Source: an uncultured Thermococci archaeon (GTDB lineage Archaea; CAYQAE01; CAYVLA01). From it: a stretch of DNA of 55,502 nt. The DNA is taken from the NCBI GenBank assembly GCA_964549615.1, contig CAZJVP010000052.1:1-55502 (forward strand). The letters are read 5' to 3'. Positions 38,556 to 47,921 of the stretch are shown here, in pieces (within the stretch, counting starts at the first letter, position 1; each line of letters starts with the position of its first letter). The position numbers and the translations under genes were made by a program. The notes below the pieces were generated by a model. It ran no database searches and was not told where the DNA came from. It was given only the letters and a program-made list of their open reading frames with translations.

Positions 38556-38634
38556 TGTAGCTTGGATTCCGAGGGGCCAGCCAGCACAGCACCCTGCGGA
38601 GGTGCACACCCGGGTTCAAATCCCGGCAGGCCCA
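38546..38634 (+). tRNA. tRNA-Arg(GCG) with a 15-nt intron in the D-loop (38568-38582)
   Basis: Acceptor GGGCCTG/CAGGCCC, anticodon arm GCACC-CTGCGGA-GGTGC and T arm CCGGG-TTCAAAT-CCCGG. Removing the BHB intron restores the D arm GTGT-AGCTTGGATA-GCAC. CCA is not encoded. Confidence 0.92.
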
Positions 38635-38703
38635 CACACCTTTCGTAGGGAAGATGCGCGCCGGATGTCGGGACATGATTCCTTCCGCTCGCAGTTCCTG
38701 CGC

Positions 38704-39893
38704 TCAGCCAGCCCGTATGTCCTTGGTCGGCCTCATCTCTTTGTAGAGGCGACGCCTCACCATAACCAGCCACAGAACCGATCCACAGAGGATGAAGGTC
38801 GCGGTGACCGCGCACCATTCGACGACGAACATCCAAAGGGTAGCCGCGTTTCTTACCTTGATGGCTTCGGCGATCGCCGTGTCACAGAAGTCCAACACCT
38901 CTGCATAGGCCTCCAGTGCCTGCTCCATTTCACAACCCACATAGAGCTTCGCCGCCCTTCTCTTCTTCTGCTCGATGTCTGCAGCCAACTTGGTCAGGCC
39001 AAGGCTGCTGCCGCCCATCCTTTCAACGAACTCGACCATGTTGTAGAACGTGGTCAACGCTAGGTCTGCGTCCCTCATCCGCCGCCTAACGACGTAGACG
39101 CTGTCGATGTCGTCAGGCAGACTGCGGCCCGCCAAGAAGAGCATCATATTGATCGCGTAGTCCCCGTAGTACTTCCACCGCATGAAGATGCTCCCGCCAG
39201 CTGGCGTCCAATCGGCGGACTGGACCAAGGTTCTTCCCTTGCCAATGTCCCACCACATGAGAAACGGCCCTTGGCCAAATGCGCCCTGGTCGAGCACGGC
39301 CAACAGTTTGGCCGCGGTTCTAGGCTTGATGTTGCAGCTCCTGTAGAAGAGGCCGCAGTTCTCCAGCCTATCGAAAGGCAAACTCCTGATGAACTCATCC
39401 TCCCAATCCACGATCTTGATCCTGCCGCTGGGCCGATCGGGCGGGGAGCTAACTATGTCGCACGGCAGGACATCGGCGACGCTTGTTGGTTCCCAAGAAG
39501 GGTAGGCTCCTCCCCCTGCGAAGCTCTCTGCGCCCCGATCATGACCAAGCCAAGCCCTCCTTCCACGACGCCGCTGCTCATCCACAGGAAGTGCTCGTTG
39601 CGGAACACCTCCCTGTTCGCATCGCTGAGCACGACCACATCGTTCTCGAGGAATTTCGAGTAACTCCTAGGCATGTAGCTCCTCATGCTCTTCCTTATGA
39701 TGTCGGGGCCTGCGCCGACCGTACACGCGTATACGGCGGAGCAGTCGAGGAGAGGGTCCCCTTTGAGCAGGGGGAAGGGATTGGGACCCCCCACGGCATC
39801 CCCTATGTACAACACCCTGATCCTTCCGGTCACAGGGTCCGCCCTTACCTCGCGGGCCTCAGCTGCTGAAGAGGCAAGCAAGACCGCCAGCAA
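38704..39893 (-). pseudogene. Paralog 3 of the secreted membrane-anchored family, split by a frameshift at about 39535
   Basis: ORF 39453..39893 (…RSYMPR…GGLGLVMIG) and ORF 38704..39585 (GAESFAGG…EWCAVTA…VRRRLY) join if the C4 run at 39533-39536 were C5. This may be a sequencing error rather than a true pseudogene. Confidence 0.7.
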
Positions 39894-40162
39894 GAGCGGG
39901 GACCTGCCCTCATAAGGGACTCAGCTACACGTCTCCCGGATATAGCTATTGCTGCGAACCGAGATGCCTCGCGTCGGGCACTCTCGGGCACCAGAGTGAG
40001 AGGAATACACCGTCGCCCCAGTCCGACAAGCACGGAGCTCCTTCGACCTACGAGCGCGCCCCCCACATTGTCCGGGACCAAGAGCGGGTCGGCCATGTGT
40101 GCGAAAGACTCAACATTTAACGTTGGTACATGTTTTTCCCATGCTCTGAGGAGGTCGGAGGT

Positions 40163-41238
40163 TTGCAGAAGCTTCTTTTCGGCATGTGTGCTTTGCTACT
40201 CCTGGAAAGCTGCGCCGCCAGGATGCACGTCATGACGCCATGGATTCCCACCGAGAACGCCACAGCGTTCAAAGTGGACTGGTGATTCGATACTACGACC
40301 CGAAGGTCGTGAGCGTTCCGGAGATGCTCCGTTTGTTCGGCGAGCTGAAGGCTGCAGGTTGCAATACGGCGCTCGTGGTCGGGAAGGACTTGCGCGCAGG
40401 GGACGACTACGACGCATGGTTGGAGAACCTCTCCCGCGCAATAGGGGAAATGCGTAGCGTCACGGACATGTTTTTCCTTTGGGATGATCCCCAGGCTAAG
40501 GACGGCGCCGAGCTCAGGGACCGTCTGGCTGCCGGGCTCGTCAAAAGGTTTCCCGACGTGAAGTTCGGGGTATCGATCGATGTCAGGTTTGACCCCGGAT
40601 CGCTCGTCCCGAAGGTGCCCGAACTGAACTACACCTACTTCTCGGTCATCCTCGGCTACTACTATGGCATGACCGACTGGAGGCTCTTCCCGAAGGACAC
40701 AACGGACGTGAACAGCCCGAACAGGACGTACGTCCAGGGCGGTCAGGGGTTCTACGACTCGGGCGAGACGACGAAGATCGGATTGGCGATCCACAGGATG
40801 CGCCAGCTCGCCTTCAACGGCACCGAAGTGTGGTTCACGGACAATGCCCACTTCCGCTCACCATATGGCACCACGACCGCGACGCAGATGTTCTTCGACT
40901 TCTTGAGGGCCATCCTTGCCGGAGCAGACAGCTGCGGCTGGTTCATGTTCGATGTGTGGGGCGAGCATCGGGACACCTTCTACGCCGGCGAGCTGAGGGC
41001 GCCGGATGCATGGGCGAGGTACTACTTCCTCGCCGAGTTTCTCATCCCGCTTGGATCAAGCGGTCTCCTCGAGAGCGCTGACAGGATCAACGTGCTCGAC
41101 GGCAGGCTGGCCAGACTCGAAGCAGCCATCGGCGAACTAGCCTGGACAAGCGGAAGGAGTGACATCTCGGCCTTCGCCCTCGTCGCATGGATCGGCGCAG
41201 GCCTCGTGGGACTCGCTACAGGGCTGCAGCGTGGGTAA
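40163..41238 (+). CDS. Hypothetical secreted, membrane-anchored protein (possible glycoside-hydrolase-like barrel), apparently frameshifted near the N-terminus
   Basis: GAGGAGGT RBS and TTG 40163 give the signal-like MQKLLFGMCALLLLESCAA, ending at TGA 40285. The body continues in ORF 40186..41238, which has a C-terminal TM. Confidence 0.55.
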
Positions 41239-41362
41239 AGCGTATCTTGCTATCGGTCCCAATCCGCGCTCGATGATGGACCCGGCCGACGGTTTGGCCG
41301 CTTGGGATCCAAGTCTAGCCGGCCCAGCCGCTGGAAGAGTTTCGCTTCGATCCCAACGCCCC

Positions 41363-42010
41363 CTACTTCAGGACGTGCCCAGTCCTGCAACTCCACATCA
41401 CAAGGTCCAAGGCATCCGGCGGGATTCCGATCTGACGCGCGTATGCAAGCACTTTCTGCTCAATTTCAAGGTATGTCCTCCTGTTAAGCGATCTGGGCAG
41501 TTCAGGTATGACGCCCGCTTCGACGAGGGTGCGGAGTATGTGTCTGTCCAGGATGGCCAGCCCCTCGTACCCGATGTTTCTCAAGAAGTGGCTTGCCTCC
41601 TTGTAGCCGAGCCCTTTGACGCTCCTGACGACGTTCTCCCTTGCCTGAATCGGGTCCTTGACCAACAGGGCGCGCAGCGACGCTCCCCCGGACGGTTTGT
41701 CGACGAATCTCTGCCGCGCCTCGACGATGTACCTCGCTTTGTTCTCTGGGTAGAGAATGCCCGATCTCGCGATGGCATCCGCGATCGTCTCCCTGGATCC
41801 CTGGTAGAGGAGCTTCGTTCCGACCGCATATCTCATGAACCTGTCCGCCGCAAGGGCCGAACTTTGCGGAGTTAGAATGCAGAAGCACATCTCTTCGAAG
41901 ATGCGCCTTTCGCTGGCAGCGGCGAGCCCCTTGAACTCGCGCAGCCTGGATTCTATCTCCCGCCGTCTATCCGCCCAATGTTCCTTCAGTCTTGCTTCCA
42001 GGTCATTCAT
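41363..42010 (-). CDS. ogg: 8-oxoguanine DNA glycosylase/AP lyase (Ogg2 type)
   Basis: FCILTPQS, HhH motif KGLGYKEASHFLRNIG, AILDRHILR and LDL.MW. Confidence 0.92.
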   Translation of the reverse strand: MNDLEARLKEHWADRRREIESRLREFKGLAAASERRIFEEMCFCILTPQSSALAADRFMRYAVGTKLLYQGSRETIADAIARSGILYPENKARYIVEARQRFVDKPSGGASLRALLVKDPIQARENVVRSVKGLGYKEASHFLRNIGYEGLAILDRHILRTLVEAGVIPELPRSLNRRTYLEIEQKVLAYARQIGIPPDALDLVMWSCRTGHVLK

Positions 42011-42021
42011 GGTAAGTCCGA

Positions 42022-42633
42022 TCAGGTCAAAAGATCCGGCCCGAGGTGGGACACGTCGTTGGATCGGATGAGCTTGGCTCTTCCGGGCCGGAGCTCCAGT
42101 ATCGACACACAGCAGTTGTTCTGGCTAAACCTCGTGTAGCCGCACGGCGGGGCACCGAGGATGTTGCTCATGAGCGCCGCCCCGAAGGTTCCATGCCCGA
42201 CGGCCGCGATGCGAATGTCGGTCTCATGTCCCAACAATCTCACCTTGGCCTCGACCCCTGCAGCCCTTGCGTAGAGACGCTCCTCGTCCTCGGGTTCTTC
42301 GGGCCACCATTGCTCCGGGATGTTCACAGTGAACCCCGGGAACTCGGCCGCGATCTCTGACCTAGTCATGCCTCCTCCGCCGTCGTAGCTCTCCATCAGA
42401 TCCGGCCAGACCTGCGGCCGCAGTCCGAGGATGCTTGAGATGATCTGCGCGGTTCGCAAGGACCGTCTCAGCGGGCTGCAAACCAGCAACGCGATATTCT
42501 CTAGCCTCAACCTCTCAGCGACGAGGCGGGCTTGGCGCTTGCCGAGATCCGTAAGATCGGGATCCGCCAGCCCCTGTTGGAGGGCCCCCAGAGATTGGCC
42601 GTGCCTGACCAGATAGAGGCGCAAAGGATCCAA
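42022..42633 (-). CDS. Histidine phosphatase (phosphoglycerate mutase family)
   Basis: LVRHGQS, LTDLG..QA, SPLRRS..TA and VGHG. The likely start is TTG 42633. Confidence 0.88.
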   Translation of the reverse strand: MDPLRLYLVRHGQSLGALQQGLADPDLTDLGKRQARLVAERLRLENIALLVCSPLRRSLRTAQIISSILGLRPQVWPDLMESYDGGGGMTRSEIAAEFPGFTVNIPEQWWPEEPEDEERLYARAAGVEAKVRLLGHETDIRIAAVGHGTFGAALMSNILGAPPCGYTRFSQNNCCVSILELRPGRAKLIRSNDVSHLGPDLLT

Positions 42634-42756
42634 CCGCCTTCCCGTGCGCCGCGACGGTTTTCTGATAAATGTGTCGACATCGCCTCCCCCAGCGTTCAAA
42701 CAGGCATTCCCTCGGCCATGCAAAGCACAAATAAGACAGCGTTCAAGGGCAGGCCT

Positions 42757-43299
42757 GTGCAAGCGAAACGGCGGCCCTACATCCTAGTCGCGGGCTCGGG
42801 CGAGGACACCTGCACCCCGGAGGCAAGATGCCTGGCCCTGGAGTTGGGAAGAGAGCTTGCGCAAAGGCGGTGCATCGTCGTCACCGGGGGCCTCGGCGGG
42901 GTGATGGAGGCAGCAAGCAAAGGGGCGAAAGAGAAGGGCGGGACCACTGTCTGTATCCTTCCGGGCGACAACAAGGACCTGGCCAATCCCTTCTGCGACA
43001 TCGTTGTGGCAACGGGGCTCGGCCACGGGCGCAACTTCGTGAACACTAACACGGCGGATGCCGTCATCGTCGTGGGCGGGGGAGCCGGGACGTTGAGCGA
43101 GGCATGTTTCGCCCAGCTCCTGGGCAAGCCGGTCGTGGCACTCCCCGCCTCGGGCGGCATCGCGAGGGAGATCGCGGGTCGAAGGTTGGACACCCGCCGA
43201 GGCGATTGTGTGAGGGTCGCCCGAAGCCCGAGGGAAGCCGTGGATATCGTCTTTGGGGAACTGGAGCGCGAGAGCCTTGAAGAGGTCAAGGGATCCTGA
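42757..43299 (+). CDS. TIGR00725 / LOG-family Rossmann-fold protein
   Basis: VTGGLGGVMEAASKGA, ILPG, RN and GGGAGTLSE. The likely start is GTG 42757. Confidence 0.88.
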   Translation: MQAKRRPYILVAGSGEDTCTPEARCLALELGRELAQRRCIVVTGGLGGVMEAASKGAKEKGGTTVCILPGDNKDLANPFCDIVVATGLGHGRNFVNTNTADAVIVVGGGAGTLSEACFAQLLGKPVVALPASGGIAREIAGRRLDTRRGDCVRVARSPREAVDIVFGELERESLEEVKGS

Positions 43300-44536
43300 G
43301 ACCATAGTGGGCGAGCACGATTCCTGGAGGGCAAGGTGCCTCAACCTCATCCCGTCCGAGAACGTGATGAGCGACGCGGCAAGATCGCTGCTGTCGTGTG
43401 ACATGGCACACAGATACACGCTCCCCGGGATCGAGGAGATGGATGGCAGGCGGGTTGAGAACGCGTACCGGGGCGCGAGATTCCTCGATGAGATCGAGGC
43501 ATGCGCCGTGGAGCTCGCGTGCAAGGTGTTTCGATGCAGGTACGCCTGCGTCAGGCCAATATCCGGACATGTCTCGGCCCTGATCGCACTGGCATCGGTC
43601 TGCAGGCGAGACGACCTGATAATGGCCCAGGACTTTGCCCACGGAGGCTATCCCGGATACCAATCGGACGAGATGGCTGGCATGCTCGGCCTTCGGTCCA
43701 GGCCGCTCCCATTCGACGAAGGGAAATGGGACATCGACTACGATGAAGCTGTCGAGGCCATAGTGAAGGAGAGGCCGCGGGCAGTGATCCTGGGGGCCTC
43801 GAAGATGCTGTTTCCGCCCGAGATCTCCACGATCAGGAAGGCGTGCGACGAGGCCGGATCGGCCCTTCTTTTCGACGCATCCCACGTCCTGGGCCTCGTG
43901 GCAGGGAGATGCTTCGGCGACCCTTTGGGGAAAGGCGTGGACGTTCTCTTCGGGAGCACCCACAAGACCCTCTTCGGACCCCAAGGCGGCATAATACTCA
44001 CAGATAGGCGGGAGATGATGGCCTCAATCGAGCGGTCGCTGCACTGGAAATCCATCGACAACGCCCACTGGAACAGGATCGCCAGCCTAGCGCAGGCTCT
44101 CCTCGAGATGGAAAGCTTCGGGGAAGCCTATGCAAGGCAAGTAGTCCTCAACGCGAAGAGGCTGGCTCGGGCACTCGATCGGTGGGGATTCCCGGTGCAG
44201 TGCCGGGAGAGAGACTACACTGAATCCCACCAGGTCGGGCTAGACGGGCCGGAAGTTGCGAGAGAATTACACGAGGACACGTTCGAGGATGTTGCGAAGA
44301 AGCTGGAACAGGCAGACATAATCATCGATTGCGTTGGCAGGCTCGGCACGAACGAGGTGACGCGCCTCGGCATGAAAGAAAGCGAGATGGAGATGATCGC
44401 GGACCTCATCGCTCGGGTTCTGATCGAGCACGAGGAGGTATCTAGCGTCAGGGAAGAGGTCCACGCCATGCGGTCCAAGTTCTCAAGGCCGACCTACTGC
44501 TTCGCACGTCGCCGCGCAGCTGAAGACCAAGGCTGA
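43277..44536 (+). CDS. glyA: Serine hydroxymethyltransferase (archaeal type)
   Basis: LNLIPSENVMS, Y.G, HGG, FDASHVLGL, GSTHKTLFGPQGG (PLP Lys) and RLGTNEVTRLGM. Confidence 0.93.
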   Translation: MKRSRDPETIVGEHDSWRARCLNLIPSENVMSDAARSLLSCDMAHRYTLPGIEEMDGRRVENAYRGARFLDEIEACAVELACKVFRCRYACVRPISGHVSALIALASVCRRDDLIMAQDFAHGGYPGYQSDEMAGMLGLRSRPLPFDEGKWDIDYDEAVEAIVKERPRAVILGASKMLFPPEISTIRKACDEAGSALLFDASHVLGLVAGRCFGDPLGKGVDVLFGSTHKTLFGPQGGIILTDRREMMASIERSLHWKSIDNAHWNRIASLAQALLEMESFGEAYARQVVLNAKRLARALDRWGFPVQCRERDYTESHQVGLDGPEVARELHEDTFEDVAKKLEQADIIIDCVGRLGTNEVTRLGMKESEMEMIADLIARVLIEHEEVSSVREEVHAMRSKFSRPTYCFARRRAAEDQG

Positions 44537-44540
44537 GACC

Positions 44541-45896
44541 TCAAACCGGCCGGACCCTGAACATCTTCTTCATGCCGCGTGACCGGAACCTCCTGTCCCT
44601 GCCCAGGCCCTTAAGCATCCTCTTCATCATCTCGTACTGCTTGAGCAGCTCCCTCACCTCGTTCTCGGTCGACCCGGAGCCCCTCGCTATCCTTCTGATC
44701 CGGCTGCTGTTCATGATCTTGGGGTTCTTGAGCTCCTCCTTACTCATCGATCTCATGATCACCCTGAACCGCTTCAGCTTGTCCTCCCCGACCTTGACGG
44801 CCTCATCTGGCAAGGAGAAGCCCATTCCGGGGATCATTTGGATGACCTTGCGGAACGGCCCCATGTTTGAGAGCATCTCCAGCTGCGTATACATGTCCTC
44901 GAGGCTGAATCTGCCCTCGAGAAACTTGTACACCGACTCCTCGGAGATCTCCTCCTGACGCGTGGCCTGCTCGAACTTCTCGATCAAGGTCGATATGTCA
45001 CCCCAACCCAAAAGCCTCCCGACGAAAGCCTTGGGGTCGAACGGCTCCAGATCGTCGATGGTCTCGCCAACGCCGATGAACTTCAGGGGGGCACCCGTCT
45101 CGGCACAGGCCGATAGCGCTCCCCCACCCTTCGCGCTGCCGTCCAGCTTGGTGACTATGATGGACCCTATGTTTGTCGCCTGCTTGAAGGCGCTCGCCTG
45201 CGGCCTTGCCTGCTGGCCCAGCGTGCCATCTATGACCAATATGATCTCGTGCGGCTTGATCTCCCGGGCTATCTCCTGCATCTCGGCGATGAGACCTTTC
45301 TCCTCCTTGTGTCTTCCCGCAGTGTCAACGAGGACCAAGTCATACTCCTTGCCGGAGAAGTGTTCCAAGCCGCGGCGAGCCAACTTCACGGCATCCTTCT
45401 CGGCCGGGTCTCCGAACACCGGTATGCCGTGGGGCTGGGCGAGCAGCTCCAATTGAGTCAGGGCGGCCGGCCGCCAGGTATCTGCACAGACGATGGCCGC
45501 CTTCCTGCCACGCTTCTGGAAGTACCGGGCAAGTTTCACCGTGGTCGTGGTTTTCCCGGATCCCTGTATCCCGACCAGCATCACGACCGTCGTCTGTCGC
45601 CCGGGTGCGAAGGCGATCTGCTGTCTCTCCTGCCCGAGAAATCTCGTCAACTCCTCGTAAACTATGTTGACAACGTGATGTCTCTTGGTTATGCCGGCGG
45701 GGGGCTTCTCGTTCAGCGCCCTGTTCTCTATCGCCTTGGTGAGTTGGCCGACGAGCTGGACGTTGACGTCTGCGAGAAGCAGGGCCCTCTGAATATCCCT
45801 CTTCAACTGGGCGACGGTCTGAGCGTCGATGTCCTTCGCACCGGTCAGTCTTGCAAGCGCGCTGTGAAGGGACTTGCCGAGGGTTTCGAGGACCAA
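44541..45896 (-). CDS. srp54: Signal recognition particle protein SRP54
   Basis: GIQGSGKTTT, DTWRPAA, DTAGRH, TKLDGSAKGGGALS and a Met-rich M domain with SRIRRIARGSG. Confidence 0.97.
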   Translation of the reverse strand: MVLETLGKSLHSALARLTGAKDIDAQTVAQLKRDIQRALLLADVNVQLVGQLTKAIENRALNEKPPAGITKRHHVVNIVYEELTRFLGQERQQIAFAPGRQTTVVMLVGIQGSGKTTTTVKLARYFQKRGRKAAIVCADTWRPAALTQLELLAQPHGIPVFGDPAEKDAVKLARRGLEHFSGKEYDLVLVDTAGRHKEEKGLIAEMQEIAREIKPHEIILVIDGTLGQQARPQASAFKQATNIGSIIVTKLDGSAKGGGALSACAETGAPLKFIGVGETIDDLEPFDPKAFVGRLLGWGDISTLIEKFEQATRQEEISEESVYKFLEGRFSLEDMYTQLEMLSNMGPFRKVIQMIPGMGFSLPDEAVKVGEDKLKRFRVIMRSMSKEELKNPKIMNSSRIRRIARGSGSTENEVRELLKQYEMMKRMLKGLGRDRRFRSRGMKKMFRVRPV

Positions 45897-45987
45897 GGAC
45901 GGTCAACTCGCTAGACCCTGCCAGCCATCAGGGACCTCATAACTCTTCCCTCAAGATCGGCGACGGGGACTCCAGTTCAGCTAGGCC

Positions 45988-46167
45988 TCAGTAGTACCTC
46001 TTCTTGTCTTGGATGGCCTGCTCGATCTTACGGTCAACCTCTTTCATCAAGGGATATGTGATGCTGTCAAGGTTGTCCCGTATCAGCTGGATGACGAGGC
46101 TCTTGAAGATGGGATCCACCCTCATTCTTGCGACTATGTTCCGATAGTCCTGTTCAGTCACGGGCAA
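45988..46167 (-). CDS. Small hypothetical protein (59 aa)
   Basis: GAGGT RBS, TTG 46167 and an upstream ATTTATAA TATA box; amphipathic helical sequence. Confidence 0.6.
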   Translation of the reverse strand: MPVTEQDYRNIVARMRVDPIFKSLVIQLIRDNLDSITYPLMKEVDRKIEQAIQDKKRYY

Positions 46168-46283
46168 AGCGGCAACCTCGTTTTCAGACGATCCGTGCGA
46201 TGTGCGGGGAACGGTTATAAATCTATGTCGAGGATCCAAGCGTGTTAGGTAAAGGGACTTATGTTACACTCTTTCGGGAAGGC

Positions 46284-47195
46284 CTAGTGGGGCTCCCTGA
46301 ACAGCAGGTCAACCAGCCAGTCAGGGGAGAACTCCTGCAGGTCGTCGTATCCCTGCCCGACCCCGATGTAGAGGATCGGCTTCTTGGTCGTGTACGACAC
46401 CGATACCGCCGCCCCGCCCTTCGCATCAGCGTCAGCCTTCGTTAGGATGATCCCCGTGATGTTGCACGCCTGATCGAACTCCTTGACCTGCTGGACTATG
46501 TCGTTGCCGGCCAGGGCGTCCCCAACGAAGATGACCGCATCGGGCTTGTTGACCCGCACGACCTTCCTTATCTCGTCCATCAGGTTTACGTTGGTGTGAA
46601 CCCGGCCTGCGCTGTCGGCCAGCACAACGTCAATTCTCTTCGCCCGGGCATGATCCATGGCGTCGTAGATGACGGCCGCGCTGTCGGACCCCCTCTTTTG
46701 CTTGATCATCTTGACGTTGAGCTTCTGGGCATGGTATTCAAGCTGTTCTATCGCAGCGGCCCTGTACGTGTCGCTCGCTGCGATGACGCAGGAGAACCCC
46801 TTGTCCATGAGAAGCTTGGCCATTTTGGCGATCGTGGTGGTCTTGCCCGTCCCGTTGTAGCCGACGAATAGGATCAGGAAAGGCCTGCCTCCGGCCTTGG
46901 CCCTGGCCACCTGGTCCAGAAGCGGGTATGTCTCGCAGCCTAGGACGGCGCGTATCGCCGACTTCACGGATTCCATCGCAATCTCGGCGACGTTCTCGCC
47001 CAGCCTGTAGCTCCGGCCCGTCAGAACCAGCCGGGCCTCGTTCATGATCCTGTCTACGACCTCCACTGCGACGTCGCTCTCAAGAAGTCCGCTTTCAAGA
47101 TCCGAGAGTATGTCCTGGACGTCCTTTTCGGTAAGGGCCTGCCTCGTCAGTTGCTTCGTGAATCGGGATACCCTTGTCCTGAGCCTATCAAACAA
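46284..47195 (-). CDS. ftsY: SRP receptor FtsY
   Basis: MFDRL start (TTG 47195), GYNGTGKTTT, DTYRAAA, DSAGR, TKADADAKGG and GVGQGYDDL. Confidence 0.96.
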   Translation of the reverse strand: MFDRLRTRVSRFTKQLTRQALTEKDVQDILSDLESGLLESDVAVEVVDRIMNEARLVLTGRSYRLGENVAEIAMESVKSAIRAVLGCETYPLLDQVARAKAGGRPFLILFVGYNGTGKTTTIAKMAKLLMDKGFSCVIAASDTYRAAAIEQLEYHAQKLNVKMIKQKRGSDSAAVIYDAMDHARAKRIDVVLADSAGRVHTNVNLMDEIRKVVRVNKPDAVIFVGDALAGNDIVQQVKEFDQACNITGIILTKADADAKGGAAVSVSYTTKKPILYIGVGQGYDDLQEFSPDWLVDLLFREPH

Positions 47196-47218
47196 GCCCC
47201 ACACCGAAGCGAGATCGT

Positions 47219-47656
47219 TCAAGTGCCCGACGCTTGCTCGGAAGACTCCCTGTAGAGCTTCTGCCATCTGGGGCTCAGCTCGTCCAGGCGGCTGGCGATC
47301 TCCTGGATTCTTTCGCGGGTCTTCTGGATGGCGGACTCCAGCTCAGCGGCCCTCTTGTCGACGGTAGCCTTTGCCTCATCGACGTCCTTCTCGACCGAGA
47401 AACCAGATCCCACTCCTATGATTACCCTGTCGTTCTGCTTGAGCGAGGACCGCACGTAGGAGCCCGACCCCAGGGGTATCAGGAGCTCTTTGCCGGCTTC
47501 AATCTTCTTGAGCTGCTCGAGGCTTTCCCGCGTCGCCCTGAGCTCGGAGAGGGATAGCGTCAATAGCTCCAGGTTCTGGTTGTGCACGCTCGCCTGGTTC
47601 TGGAGAAGTTCGATCTCTGCCGTGAGCCGCGCCAATTCCTCTTGCCTATTTTCCAA
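47219..47656 (-). CDS. pfdA: Prefoldin alpha subunit
   Basis: Coiled coils flanking LIPLGSGSY...VIIGVGSGFSVEK; conserved position before ftsY. Confidence 0.92.
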   Translation of the reverse strand: MENRQEELARLTAEIELLQNQASVHNQNLELLTLSLSELRATRESLEQLKKIEAGKELLIPLGSGSYVRSSLKQNDRVIIGVGSGFSVEKDVDEAKATVDKRAAELESAIQKTRERIQEIASRLDELSPRWQKLYRESSEQASGT

Positions 47657-47921
47657 CCTGCTCACCCGCCATGTACCTGACGGCCGGATCCACGGCCTCG
47701 GTGACAGCGATCTCCTCCACCGACTCTATTCTGACCCTGTTCCGCTTCACCCCGTGTCTGCTGCCGAATTCCGAATAGACCCTTTCCCTTACCTCCTCCG
47801 GCCTGGTTGAGACCATCTCTACGCTGAACGGCTGCATGCGCGTGCCCATAAGGAACTTTCCCTTGACCCTGTAGACCTTCGGAACTTTTCCCGCCGTGGG
47901 ATCACCCCGTCTCTCCCTCAA
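47646..47921 (-). CDS. rpl18a: 50S ribosomal protein L18Ae/LX
   Basis: KVYRVKG, E.VYSEFGSRH.VKR..VRI; conserved gene order. The start is uncertain (see findings). Confidence 0.9.
   Translation of the reverse strand: MRERRGDPTAGKVPKVYRVKGKFLMGTRMQPFSVEMVSTRPEEVRERVYSEFGSRHGVKRNRVRIESVEEIAVTEAVDPAVRYMAGEQVGK

Noticed and set aside
38620-41362. Integrated element at the tRNA-Arg 3' end
   Set aside because: No integrase, and no duplicated tRNA 3' end (att site) was found by eye.
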